Shown in pieces: positions 1 through 10,290 of a stretch of DNA of 64,000 nucleotides (position 1 is the first letter of the stretch; each line of letters opens with the position of its first letter). Origin of the DNA: Chloroflexota bacterium (GTDB lineage Bacteria; Chloroflexota; Dehalococcoidia; Lucifugimonadales; UBA3495); contig JAQBVF010000005.1 of the NCBI GenBank assembly GCA_027623675.1, forward strand, positions 64,001-128,000, in the 5' to 3' direction. Under the pieces are notes generated by a model. It saw only the letters and a program-made list of their open reading frames with translations. It was not told the DNA's origin and did no database searches. Made by a program: the position numbers and the translations under genes.

Positions 1-1038
1 GTCGTAGCCCCGGATGAAGTCGTTATCCGGGTCGGTCTCGTAGAACTCCTGGCTCAGCATGGTGCTGCCTCGGGGGCCGCCGTCCTCGGTTCCCAGCCAT
101 TCGTCGAAGATGCCCAGCACCGAGCCAACCGGGTGGTGCATCAGACATTTGCCCACCATGCCGCTGCTGTTGGCCAGGCCGTTGGGGTACATGGCCGACT
201 TGGAGTTGAGCAACAGCCGGGCGGTGCCCACGCCGTTACAGGCCAGCACCACCGCCTTGGCCTTCTGTTCCTTCAGTTCGCCGTCCTGGTAATAAAGGAC
301 TCCAGTGGCGTTGCCCAACTCGTCTATCGTGATCTCTCGGACCCTGGCGTAGGTCTCCAGGCGGGCGCCCGAGTTCAGAGCGGACGGCCAATAGGTTAGG
401 TCGGAGGAGGCGAAGGAGCGCAGGAAGCAACCCATGTCGGGGTCGCGGCCGTCATACTCAACCGAGGATATGGCGGTGTCGGATGCCCACCAGTGCCAGC
501 CCAGTTTGTCGAAAGCCTTGGCCAGCAACTGGCCGCTCTTTCTGATGGAAAGGGGAGGACAAGGCCGCTGTGGTTTGTCGGGATAGGCCGGGTCTCCCTG
601 TAACCCTGAAACTCCGGTCATCTTGTCGTTCAGGTCGTAGTACGGCTCCAGTTCCTCATAGGTCAGAGGCCAGTCATCGGCGACGCCCTCCAGGGTTTTG
701 ACCCGGAAGTCGGAGGGGTGGAAGCGGGGAAAGTGGGCGCCCCAGTGGATCTGACTGCCGCCCACGGCGTTGTACATCAGCGGCGCAATGGGGGTCTCGT
801 CCTCGTTGACGGGGTAGTCCTCGGGCAGACGCCGGAACGTGGGGTCGGGATGAAAGTCCGTCTGCCAGTGGAGTTGAGCGTCGTGTTCGGCGGTGGGAAA
901 GGCGTCCGTGGGCACCCAGCCGCCCTGTTCCAAACAGACTACGTTGATTCCCGCCTGGGCCAGGCTCCAGGTGAAGGCCGCGCCGGAAGCCCCGGCGCCA
1001 ACCACGATTACGTCGGCGATGTCGTCGTTGTTAGCCAT
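1..1038 (-). CDS. GMC family FAD-dependent oxidoreductase (3' end runs off window)
   Basis: Manual translation from ATG at 1038: MANNDDIADVIVVGAGASG (GxGxxG), LEQGGW, NAVGGSQIHW, DWPLTYEELEPYYD, ARLLLNSKS..GLANSSGMVGK. Open to position 1; absent from the ORF track because no stop lies in the window. Confidence 0.9.
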   Translation of the reverse strand, partial: MANNDDIADVIVVGAGASGAAFTWSLAQAGINVVCLEQGGWVPTDAFPTAEHDAQLHWQTDFHPDPTFRRLPEDYPVNEDETPIAPLMYNAVGGSQIHWGAHFPRFHPSDFRVKTLEGVADDWPLTYEELEPYYDLNDKMTGVSGLQGDPAYPDKPQRPCPPLSIRKSGQLLAKAFDKLGWHWWASDTAISSVEYDGRDPDMGCFLRSFASSDLTYWPSALNSGARLETYARVREITIDELGNATGVLYYQDGELKEQKAKAVVLACNGVGTARLLLNSKSAMYPNGLANSSGMVGKCLMHHPVGSVLGIFDEWLGTEDGGPRGSTMLSQEFYETDPDNDFIRGYD

Positions 1039-1134
1039 ATGACTCTTCCTTTTAGGTGTTCTGCTCCTGACGTGGTTCGGGGCACGGCACTGCCGTGCCC
1101 CTACAGGCTATTCGAGCTGGATGCTATCTGGTTT

Positions 1135-2331
1135 CTACTTCCTCTCAAACATGGCGGCCACGCCTTGTCCGCCGCCAACACACATGGTCTCCAAGCCGAA
1201 CTGGGCGTCGCGGCGCTCCATCTCGTTCAGCAGGGTGGTCAGGATGCGGGCGCCGGTGGCGGCGATGGGGTGACCCAGCGAGATGCCCGAGCCGTTGACG
1301 TTCAATTTGTCGTGGTTGGGCAGCTTCCACTCACGGAGCACCGCCAGCACCTGGGCGGCGAAAGCCTCGTTGAGTTCGATCACGTCCATGTCGCTCAGTG
1401 TCATGCCGACTTTGTCCATCAACTTGTTGACGGCGGCGACCGGGCCGATGCCCATGGTAGCCGGGTGGCAGCCGGTGACGGTCCAACCCTTGAGGAAAGC
1501 CATGGGCACCAGACCCAGTTCCTCCAGTTTGTCTTCGGCAACCACCAGGCAGACCGACGCGGCGTCGTTCTGGCTGCTGGAGTTTCCGGCGGAGACTGAG
1601 CCGTCGGGCATCACCGGGCGCAGGCGGGTCAACGCTTCCATACTGGTCTCGGCGCGGGGTCCTTCGTCCTTGTTGAAGGGAACCGGGTCGCCGCGGCGCT
1701 GGGGAACGTCAATCCGTACGATCTCGGCGTCGAACTTGCCCTCATTCTGAGCGGCGATGGCCCGTTGGTGGCTGCGCAGGGAGTATTCGTCCTGTTCCTC
1801 CCTGGAAATCTCGTACTGTTTGGCCAGGTTCTCGGCGGTCTCGACCATGCCCGAGATGTAGCCGAAACGCTCCTCGGGAGCGATGGTCTCGCGGGCGCGG
1901 GCCAGACGGTCGTGCAGGTTGATGGAGCCGAACCGCGCGCCCCACCGGGACTCGTTTACATAATATTCGGCGTTGCTCATGCTCTCCACGCCGCCGGCGA
2001 TGACCACATCGGCATTCTCGGTCTGGACCATCATGGAGGCGTTGAGTATGGCTTGGAGACCGGAAGAGCAACGGCGGTCAAGTTGGTAGCCGGGCACTTC
2101 GATCGGCAGACCGGCCTTGAGGAGGGCCAAACGACCGATGGCCGGGTTCTCGCCGCTGGGATATCCGTGGCCCAGGATCACGTCATCCACTTTAGAGGGG
2201 TCCAGCTTGCTGCGCTCCAGCGTTTCTTTGATCACTGTGCTGGCCAGTTCGCTTGCTGTTACGTCCCTGAGGGTTCCTCCGAAATTGCCCACAGCAGTGC
2301 GGACCGGTGAAACGATGGCTACGCGTCGCAT
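1135..2331 (-). CDS. acetyl-CoA C-acyltransferase (thiolase)
   Basis: Catalytic RCSSG, NEAFAAQ, GHPIAATG and CVGGGQG motifs; 398 aa. Confidence 0.95.
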   Translation of the reverse strand: MRRVAIVSPVRTAVGNFGGTLRDVTASELASTVIKETLERSKLDPSKVDDVILGHGYPSGENPAIGRLALLKAGLPIEVPGYQLDRRCSSGLQAILNASMMVQTENADVVIAGGVESMSNAEYYVNESRWGARFGSINLHDRLARARETIAPEERFGYISGMVETAENLAKQYEISREEQDEYSLRSHQRAIAAQNEGKFDAEIVRIDVPQRRGDPVPFNKDEGPRAETSMEALTRLRPVMPDGSVSAGNSSSQNDAASVCLVVAEDKLEELGLVPMAFLKGWTVTGCHPATMGIGPVAAVNKLMDKVGMTLSDMDVIELNEAFAAQVLAVLREWKLPNHDKLNVNGSGISLGHPIAATGARILTTLLNEMERRDAQFGLETMCVGGGQGVAAMFERK

Positions 2332-2361
2332 AAATCACTCCTAAAAAAGCCGTCAATAATT

Positions 2362-2386
2362 TTGCGGCATATGATTATTGCCGCAA
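2362..2386. promoter_or_regulatory. AT-rich inverted repeat, candidate operator upstream of thiolase
   Basis: TTGCGGCA-N9-TGCCGCAA about 30 bp upstream of the thiolase start. Confidence 0.35.
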
Positions 2387-2554
2387 TAATAACGTTTTGC
2401 CTCAGGTGTGTCGAATGCCTGAGAAGCGCACCGGACGAGGCGTGAGCACGGAATAATAAACAGGGCCGGCCCGTATCCGCGCCGACCCTGGTTGGGACCT
2501 GCCCGGGTTTAGACCTGCCCCGGTTTAAAAACGAAGCTTCAGGTAATCAGATAG

Positions 2555-3187
2555 CTACCTGCGGGCGGTTCTCAATCCGTCTAGATTCCGCTCCAAACGC
2601 TCCAGGGTGTCTAGCCATCCCGGCGGCAGCAGACCGCGCGCATCAGCGGGAACGACATCAGCGGCATTGACCATCACGGGGACCAATGTTGACTCGGTGA
2701 GCTTGGTCTCCAGTCCGGAGAGGTCGCCGGCTTCGTAGGGTGTGAGCGCCAGGACCCGGCCAGGCAGCCCGGATTCTACGCGGGTCTCCAAGAAACCGCC
2801 AGGACCGCCGTATGAGAGCCCCGCGAGGCCGATCACCATCGCCAGCGCCAAGGCAGCGCCCACCGCCAGGCCAGCAGTCATGCCGGCCAGCCGGTCGGCC
2901 CAGCCCATGAACATGCCGTAGACCAGCTTGCGGACTAAACCGGCCGCCACCATTGTTACGGCGACGGCGGCGAATATGGTGATGGCGTAGGACAGTAGGT
3001 CAATCACCGCCGCGTTGGACATGAATCCGGCCAACCATCCGGCGGTGTCGTCCCGGTAGTGGCCAACCACGATGAATCCGGCGGCCACTCCTAACACGGT
3101 AAACGAGGCGCGGACCATGCCGGTCCACATACCAAACGGCCCGCCTGCAGCCAAGATCCCGACTAGTATGATATCTAACCAGTTCAT
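2555..3187 (-). CDS. CvpA (colicin V production) family membrane protein
   Basis: Starts MNWLDIILVGIL; four hydrophobic helices; conserved GWADRLAG motif; start moved to ATG 3187. Confidence 0.85.
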   Translation of the reverse strand: MNWLDIILVGILAAGGPFGMWTGMVRASFTVLGVAAGFIVVGHYRDDTAGWLAGFMSNAAVIDLLSYAITIFAAVAVTMVAAGLVRKLVYGMFMGWADRLAGMTAGLAVGAALALAMVIGLAGLSYGGPGGFLETRVESGLPGRVLALTPYEAGDLSGLETKLTESTLVPVMVNAADVVPADARGLLPPGWLDTLERLERNLDGLRTARR

Positions 3188-3832
3188 GTCGTGCCTCCTA
3201 TATCCTGGTGCTATCTCCGCGCATTCGGAAACGGGGTTTCCGTCACGTCCCATGAACATAATGGCGCGAAGTGTATTACCGGTGTATTAACCCAGCTTTG
3301 AAGCCGGATTCTGTTTCGACTGGGCGACGGAGCGACGGAGCGACGGAGATTTACGGAGATTCAACGACAGTCCTGCTCTACCGCCTTTACTCCGAGACCA
3401 CAAGTAATCTTTATCGGGGGCCTTCTTTTAGGTTGGATCGCTGGACGCAGGGGTTTCCCGGAAGTCGGTCCTGGAATGGGAGAAAGCAGACTGGGATAAC
3501 GGAATAATGATGCAGAAATGAAATAGAAAAGGACCGTTTCGCGCCAACCAGTAAAGCGGTGGCAGACCGGCGGCCCTTTTCGTAGGGGTTTGGGGATGAT
3601 ATCGTACCTCTATGGGCCGTATATCGACAACGGGATTCTGTCAGCAGAGTGATTCAGGAATCTGGTATAGAATCACATCAGGAAACCGGTTAGATGGATC
3701 CTCGAATCGGTATAACTGCTAGAGATTGTTAAGGCCAAAATTGATCATTCACGCTGATGGCATGACCGACCGTGGACCAACCAAGCTCTGCCCGCGAAAA
3801 GCAATTGGCGCGGAGCCGGTTGCCATAGCCAT

Positions 3833-6800
3833 ATGACCGCTAGAAACAGCGCCGATGATTTCCCCACGGGCGCAGACCTGAGACCGGGGCGTGGGAATGG
3901 CAAGAAACCATCTGCCGGCCCAGCCCGAAAATCTCCTCGGCGGGCATCGGATGATTCCGTTGGTGGTCCGGGTTCCGGCGCTCCCAACGGCTTCAGCTCT
4001 GACCTCAACCAATACGTCAGCCGATATGCCAGGCAAGACTCCCAGTTCAAGGCGCTGGTCGAGACCGGTCTGGATATCGTGGTCGTACTGAACCATGACG
4101 GCTCCTTCCGTTACCTGAGTCCGTCGGTACACCGGGTGATCGGCTACCATCCCGACGAACTCATGGGCGAGATTGCCTTCAATCATATGCAGGAAGATGA
4201 CGCGTCCGAGCAACTGGAACTTTTCACCAACGTCGTCTCGGACAAAGACCGCAACACAACCGGACTTCCAAGATCCTTTCGGTTCCGGCACAAGGATGGT
4301 CATTGGGTGGTGCTGGAAGCCGTTAGCACAAAGCTGCCCGAGGGTTCGGACCCCCCAGGCATAGTGGTCAACGCCAGGGATATCACCGAACGCGTGCAGG
4401 CCCAAGATGCTTGGCGTGAGGTAGCGGATTCGGACCGGCGGCTCGTCCAGGAGACGGAGGTGGTCGCCGAAGTGGGCCGGATCGTCAGCTCCACCCTCAA
4501 CGTCGAAGAAGTTTTCGAGCTATGCGCCGCCCAGGTGAAACGGCTGATCGATTTCGATGTCCTGGCAGCCAGCGTCATAGATTACTCAGCGCAGACCACC
4601 TCCATCAGATATTGGTCGGGCCCTCGCCGGTTCCGCGACGATATGGATACCACGGTCCCCCTGATGGGGACCCTGACGGGCGACGTTATGGCCACCGGCA
4701 AGCCGGTTCTGGTCCACGCCACCTCCGAACAGGAGATGCGCCGAAAGTTCGTTCATCTAGCCGAGAGTTTCCACGGAGGCGTCCTCTCTTGGTTGGCGAT
4801 CCCAATGGTGAACCAGGCCCAGGTGGTCGGGGCTCTGTTGATTTTTTCTTCAAAGCCCAATGCATTCTCCGACGTGGACATTGCCCTCGCCGGGCGGATC
4901 GGAAATCAGATCGCGGGCGCGATCCACAATACAGAGTTGTTCGCCGGATTGAAGCAGGTCCAGAGCGAACTGGTGATCAGCGCCATCGAGCGGGGCGAGG
5001 CGGCCTCGCGGAACCAGGTGATCGCCGAGATCGGCCGGATCATCAGTTCAACACTGAACGTGGCTGAGGTATTCGAGTTGATCGCCGCTCAGGTAAAACC
5101 CTTGATCAACTTCGACATGCTTGCGGCCTGCGTCATCGATTATTCCCAGCAGACCACGGCGGTCAGGTATTGGTCCGGCGCTCAGATATTCGGCGACAGT
5201 TTCGCCAGCTCCGTGCCCCTGGTTGGGAGCGTTACCGGCAAGGTGGTAGACACCGGACAGCCCGTCCTCGTTCAAGGACTCTCTGAAGAAGAGATAATTA
5301 GAGATTACATCTGGATCTACGAGAGCTACGGGGCAGGGATACGGTCTTGGCTTGGGCTGCCGATGGTAAACCGGGGTGAAATGATCGGGGCATTGCTCTG
5401 GCTCTCCGCCGAGCCTGTAGCCTTCTCTGATACCGATGTTGCCCTGGCCGGCCGGATAAGCAATCAGATCGCCGGGGCCATCGACAATGCCGAGTTGTTT
5501 GCCGGGTTGAAGCGGGCCGAAGCCGAATTGGCCGTCAGCGTGGTGGAGCGGAGCGAGGCCGCCGCTCAGAACCAGGTTATAGCCGAGATCGGCCGAATCA
5601 TCAGCTCGACCATGGATGTTGATGATGTCTATCAGCTTTTCGCGAATCAGATGCGCAATCTCTTCGACTTTGACGATCTGGCCATCTGCGTGGTTGACCG
5701 GGAAGGTGGGCCGGGCCGAATAGCGCACCTCACTGGGAACGGCCTGACGGGAATAGTCGTCGGATCGGAGGTTCCCATCAACGGCAGCCTGACCGGTGAA
5801 GTAGGCACGCTCAAGCGCTCTGTCGTGATACAGGGCTTGTCGGAACCAGAGATCGAGAAGAGGTTGCCTTTCATAGTCGTTAGCTACAGGGCCGGGACGC
5901 GGTCCTGGTTGTGTGCTCCGCTGATAAACGGAGGGGAATTTATCGGCTCGGTGTTGATGTTCTCCAGGGATGAGACCGCTTTCAATGAGCGCGACGCCGA
6001 CTTGGCGCAGCGGGTGGGCAACCAGATCGCCGGCGCGGTTGGCGGGACCAGGCTCTTCTCTGACCTGAAACAGGCGGAATCGGAACTTGCGATAAGTGTT
6101 GTTGAGCGTAGCCAGGCTGCCGCTCAGAATGAAGTCATAGCTGAGATAGGCCGAATCATCAGTTCCACACTGGACATCGACGAGGTTTACGATGCCTTCG
6201 CCGCCCAGGTCAGGAAATTGATCAGTTTCGACGTTCTTTGCGTCAGCGTTGTCGAACCGGACGGAGGGTCACTCCGGGTCGCCCACCGGGTGGGCAACAA
6301 CCTCCTGGGTAAAACAGTGGGGGCGCCGGTCCCATTCGAGGGCAGCATAACCGGCGAAGTGGTCAGGCGAAAAGGGGCGGCCATCGTTCAGGGAATGTCC
6401 AAGGGTGAATTGCTGGAAAGATTCCCGGAGGTTACGGCCACCTACCAGAGCGGCGTGCGCTCCTGGCTGTGTGTGCCGTTGCTGAATCGGGGAGAGTTCG
6501 TTGGCACACTGCTGGTGCTCTCGACAAAGCGGAACGCTTTCGACGACCATGACGCCGACCTAGCCCAACGGGTCGGGAACCAGATCTCCGGTGCGGTCGG
6601 CGGGGCTGAGTTGTTTGCCGAACTGAAGCAAGCAGAGTCGAAACTGGCGGCCAGCGCTGCCGAAAGGGGCGAGGCTGCCTCCCAGAATGAGGCGATCGCC
6701 GAGATCGGCCGGATCATTGGTTCCAGCTTGGAGATTGAGGACGTTTACCAGCCGTTCGCGGATCTGGTCCGCAACCTGATCGACTGTGATGTATTGGCCA

Positions 6801-8785
6801 TCTGCATACTCGATTCGGGGGGGCAGTTCGCGCGGATCGAGCATCAAGTGGGCGAGAGTAGTACGGACCGGGGGGTCGGCTCCCGCGTTCCAATCAAAGG
6901 CAGTCTCACCGGCGAAGTGGCCAAGACCCGGCGCACGGAGATCATACAAAACAAGACAGAGCAAGAATTGCAGGGGTCCTATCCCTACACCGTGAGGGGT
7001 TTTCAGGCCGGTATCCGGTCTTGGATGTGCACTCCTCTGATCAGCGGCGGCGACCTGCTCGGCGCCATGGTGATGCTTTCCAGGAGTGACAACAATTTCA
7101 CGATGGGCGACGCCGGCCTGGCCCAACGGGTGGGGAACCAGATCGCCGGGGCCATTGGAAGCGCCCAACTATATGCCGACCTGAAGCGGGCTGAGTCTGA
7201 CCTGGTCTTGAGCAACGATCAGAACCGGATGATTTTGGAGACGGCCCACGACGCGTTCATCGGCATGGATGAACGGGGCCAGGTGGTTGCCTGGAATTCA
7301 CAGGCGGAGGAGACCTTCGGCTGGCCCGTTGGACAGGCCTACCGCAAACGGCTTTCCGACCTGATCATCCCTGACCGGTTCGCGGCGCGCCACCTGGCCG
7401 GCATCAAGGAATTTCTGGCAACCGGCTCCGGCGAAATGCTGAACCGGCGCATCGAGATCGTCGCCAAGCACCGGGACGGGCACGAATTTCCGGTGGAGAT
7501 CACCATCTCTCCGTTGAAGACCGGCAACCGATATGTGTTTAACGCCTTTGTCAGGGACATCACCGACCGGAAAAACGCGGAAGAGGCATTGCAGCGGTCG
7601 GAAGAACGCTACCGCGCCATCTATAACAACGCGGCCAACGGCATCGGGACCCGGACCTTCGGCGGCGAGATCAAGGACCTAAATCCCGCGTTCTTGCAGA
7701 TGGTCGGCTATACGTTGGATGAGGTAAAAGCACTGGGACCCGGAGAATTGTTCGACGTCAAATATCAGGAGTTCGAAAAAGGGCTCTGGGAGCGCGCCCT
7801 GCGCGGTGAAGAGATCGAGCCATATGAGAAGGTCTACATCCGCAAAGACGGCACCGAAGTGGTTACGGAGGTCAGACCTAGCCTGGAATTGGACAACGAC
7901 GGCAACCCCATCGGTATCCTGGCTCTGTTCACTGACATCACGGACCGTATGCGCCTGGAGCAAGAGATCGAGCAGTACACCAGGAGCCTGGAGTTGGCCA
8001 ACGACCATCTGAAACAGCTTGACCGGATGAAAGACGATTTCATCTCAACGGTCTCCCACGAACTGCGCACCCCTCTAACATCGATCAAGGGCTCCGCCGA
8101 ATTGTTGCTGGCCTACGAGAACGAGGACCCCAAGGTGCAGTTGGAGTTCCTGAAGATTATCGATAGGGAAAGCGACCGCCTGACACGCCTGATCAATGAT
8201 GTTCTGGACCTTTCCCGGATGGAATCGCGGCAGATGCGTTGGGTCTGGTCGGAACTGGACTTTGGCGAAGTTGTGAACGAAGCGGTGTCCGGAACCCAGG
8301 CGTTGTCGATCCTGAAAGACCTGTCGGTGGATGTGGCGCTGGACCCCGAACTGCCGATGATCACCAGCGACCGCGACCGGTTGGTCCAGGTGATGAACAA
8401 CCTGCTGAGCAACGCCATCAAGTTCACCCCGCGAGGCGGGAAAATAACCGTCAGAGCCAAGAAAGCGGTTACCGACGAGTCTGACGGCCGGCAAGAGAAT
8501 CTTGAGGTCTGTATCTCGGACACCGGTATCGGTATCGACCGGTCAGACTACCACCAGATATTTGAAAAATTCAGACAGGTTGGCGATACGCTCTCCGACA
8601 AGCCCACCGGCACCGGCCTGGGCCTCCCGATCTGCAAAGAGATCGTCGAATATCTCGGCGGCAGGATCTGGGTGGAAAGCCTGCCTGGGGAGGGTAGTGA
8701 CTTCTTTTTCACCATGCCGGTATTAGCACGGGAGCACGTGCTGGCCCGGGAGACCGGGACCGCTGCCGCTGACTCATTCCCCTGA
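3833..8785 (+). CDS. multi-sensor histidine kinase: PAS, 5x GAF, 2x PAS, HisKA, HATPase_c
   Basis: PAS (YLSPSV..GY..RDITER); five repeats of AEIGRIISS..GNQIAGA; PAS domains ending RDITDRK and DITDR; H-box SHELRTPL, N-box NLLSNAIKF, G-boxes DTGIGI and GTGLGL; no TM segment or receiver domain seen. Confidence 0.95.
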   Translation: MTARNSADDFPTGADLRPGRGNGKKPSAGPARKSPRRASDDSVGGPGSGAPNGFSSDLNQYVSRYARQDSQFKALVETGLDIVVVLNHDGSFRYLSPSVHRVIGYHPDELMGEIAFNHMQEDDASEQLELFTNVVSDKDRNTTGLPRSFRFRHKDGHWVVLEAVSTKLPEGSDPPGIVVNARDITERVQAQDAWREVADSDRRLVQETEVVAEVGRIVSSTLNVEEVFELCAAQVKRLIDFDVLAASVIDYSAQTTSIRYWSGPRRFRDDMDTTVPLMGTLTGDVMATGKPVLVHATSEQEMRRKFVHLAESFHGGVLSWLAIPMVNQAQVVGALLIFSSKPNAFSDVDIALAGRIGNQIAGAIHNTELFAGLKQVQSELVISAIERGEAASRNQVIAEIGRIISSTLNVAEVFELIAAQVKPLINFDMLAACVIDYSQQTTAVRYWSGAQIFGDSFASSVPLVGSVTGKVVDTGQPVLVQGLSEEEIIRDYIWIYESYGAGIRSWLGLPMVNRGEMIGALLWLSAEPVAFSDTDVALAGRISNQIAGAIDNAELFAGLKRAEAELAVSVVERSEAAAQNQVIAEIGRIISSTMDVDDVYQLFANQMRNLFDFDDLAICVVDREGGPGRIAHLTGNGLTGIVVGSEVPINGSLTGEVGTLKRSVVIQGLSEPEIEKRLPFIVVSYRAGTRSWLCAPLINGGEFIGSVLMFSRDETAFNERDADLAQRVGNQIAGAVGGTRLFSDLKQAESELAISVVERSQAAAQNEVIAEIGRIISSTLDIDEVYDAFAAQVRKLISFDVLCVSVVEPDGGSLRVAHRVGNNLLGKTVGAPVPFEGSITGEVVRRKGAAIVQGMSKGELLERFPEVTATYQSGVRSWLCVPLLNRGEFVGTLLVLSTKRNAFDDHDADLAQRVGNQISGAVGGAELFAELKQAESKLAASAAERGEAASQNEAIAEIGRIIGSSLEIEDVYQPFADLVRNLIDCDVLAICILDSGGQFARIEHQVGESSTDRGVGSRVPIKGSLTGEVAKTRRTEIIQNKTEQELQGSYPYTVRGFQAGIRSWMCTPLISGGDLLGAMVMLSRSDNNFTMGDAGLAQRVGNQIAGAIGSAQLYADLKRAESDLVLSNDQNRMILETAHDAFIGMDERGQVVAWNSQAEETFGWPVGQAYRKRLSDLIIPDRFAARHLAGIKEFLATGSGEMLNRRIEIVAKHRDGHEFPVEITISPLKTGNRYVFNAFVRDITDRKNAEEALQRSEERYRAIYNNAANGIGTRTFGGEIKDLNPAFLQMVGYTLDEVKALGPGELFDVKYQEFEKGLWERALRGEEIEPYEKVYIRKDGTEVVTEVRPSLELDNDGNPIGILALFTDITDRMRLEQEIEQYTRSLELANDHLKQLDRMKDDFISTVSHELRTPLTSIKGSAELLLAYENEDPKVQLEFLKIIDRESDRLTRLINDVLDLSRMESRQMRWVWSELDFGEVVNEAVSGTQALSILKDLSVDVALDPELPMITSDRDRLVQVMNNLLSNAIKFTPRGGKITVRAKKAVTDESDGRQENLEVCISDTGIGIDRSDYHQIFEKFRQVGDTLSDKPTGTGLGLPICKEIVEYLGGRIWVESLPGEGSDFFFTMPVLAREHVLARETGTAAADSFP

Positions 8786-8842
8786 CCGGTATTTAGTCGC
8801 CGCTGGGCGGCTGGCCCTTGTGATTCGCCGTTACGCCGCCTA

Positions 8843-10015
8843 CTAACCGCTGATCAGGTCCAGGTATTTGTAGCCGGAACCGGTGTTGAAAAGCACCACC
8901 GACTCATTGGGGTCCAGGAACTTCTGCTCCAGCAGGTGCTTCAGTCCAACCAAGGTCGCAGCGCCCTCCGGGGCCGGGAAGATGCCTTCAGCGGAGGCCA
9001 TCTCGTACATGGCGCCAATCATCTCCTGGTCCGTCACCGCCAGGGCAGTACCGCCGGTCTCCCGGATGGCCTCCAAGATCAGATAGTCGGCGAAGGGATG
9101 GGGCACCCGAAGACCGTCGGCCTTGGTCGTGGCGTTCTCCCACAACTCCGACGTGGCCGCCCCGTCATTGAAAGCCCTGACGATGGGTTGGCAGCCCTCG
9201 GCCTGAACTGAAATGAACTTGGGCTGCTTTCCCTCGATCCAGCCCAGCTCCAGCAGCTCTTTGAATCCCTTGTACATGCCGATGATTCCGGTTCCGCCGC
9301 CGGTGGGATAGATCACGGCGTCGGGCATCTTCCAACCAAGCTGCTGGACCATCTCCAGGCCCATCGACTTCTTGCCCTCGGCGCGGTAGGGCTCCTTCAG
9401 CGTCGAAAGGTCGAACAGCCCCAGTTCCTTGGCCACGGCCACCGCCTCGCGTCCGGCGTCATTGATGAGACCGGCAACCAGGTTAAGATCCGCCCCCGCC
9501 ACCAGGGTCTCTTTCTTGTTGGCGGCTGGGGCGTCCTGGGGCATGAACACCTTGGTTACCAAGCCGGCCCTGGCGCCATACGCGGCTGCCGCCCCGGCGG
9601 CGTTGCCGGCCGATGGCATGGTGAAGCCGTTCACCTTCAATTCAACCGCTTTGGATATCGCCGCGGAGACGCCCCTGGCCTTGAAGGTGCCGGTGGGGTT
9701 GAGTCCCTCTTCCTTGATGTAGAGGTTCGTCATCCCCAGCTTTTTGGCCAGGTTGAACGTCTTGATCAGAGGGGTGCCGCCCTCGCCAAGGGTAACGATA
9801 TCGGCCGGGTCGTTAACCGGCAGCAATTCGGCGTAACGCCACATCGTGTCAGGACGGCAGACCAGACTGTCGCGGTCGACCTCGCGGCCCAACTTGGCCA
9901 GGTCGTAGCGGGCGAACAATACCTTTTCACAGCAGGGGCTGACGCCGATCAGCTGATCGTGGGGGTAGCTTTTGCCGCAGACGGTGCATTCCAGATGGCT
10001 GATGTAGCTGGTCAT
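8843..10015 (-). CDS. thrC: threonine synthase (PLP fold II)
   Basis: TLGEGGTPL, NPTGTFKARG (PLP lysine), SAGNA, PTGGGTG, APEGAA, NTGSGYKY; N-terminal CxxC. Confidence 0.85.
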   Translation of the reverse strand: MTSYISHLECTVCGKSYPHDQLIGVSPCCEKVLFARYDLAKLGREVDRDSLVCRPDTMWRYAELLPVNDPADIVTLGEGGTPLIKTFNLAKKLGMTNLYIKEEGLNPTGTFKARGVSAAISKAVELKVNGFTMPSAGNAAGAAAAYGARAGLVTKVFMPQDAPAANKKETLVAGADLNLVAGLINDAGREAVAVAKELGLFDLSTLKEPYRAEGKKSMGLEMVQQLGWKMPDAVIYPTGGGTGIIGMYKGFKELLELGWIEGKQPKFISVQAEGCQPIVRAFNDGAATSELWENATTKADGLRVPHPFADYLILEAIRETGGTALAVTDQEMIGAMYEMASAEGIFPAPEGAATLVGLKHLLEQKFLDPNESVVLFNTGSGYKYLDLISG

Positions 10016-10290
10016 GTGGTCCTGACTCTCCTTTAGGTGTGACGCCTAGGTGTGACGCCGGAATGTGACCGGAATATTGCCGGGATGTGGCGCGGATGTG
10101 GCCGGGGTCAGATTCCAGGTTGCCCATACTATACGACAGAACCCATGCGTATGGCAGGGCGTCGCCGACTCAGCAGGCAACGGCGGGCCGGACGCTTGCC
10201 ACCGGGCCGGTGTTTCAGTAATATGCCACTGCGATAATCCCCACCCGGCGGGGCCTGCATCGTGCTTCAGTCATTCATCGGGAGAGAGCT

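Noticed and set aside
718..1599. Long antisense/shadow ORFs (e.g. 718-1599, 19754-20830, 21012-21929, 37635-38564, 42082-42999)
   Set aside because: They overlap well-supported genes on the opposite strand and are expected by-products of high GC3 codon bias.
3649..3692. Operator-like repeats upstream of the histidine kinase (GTGATTC..GAATCAC; TCAGGAA x2)
   Set aside because: Short enough to occur by chance and cannot be assigned to a regulator from sequence alone.
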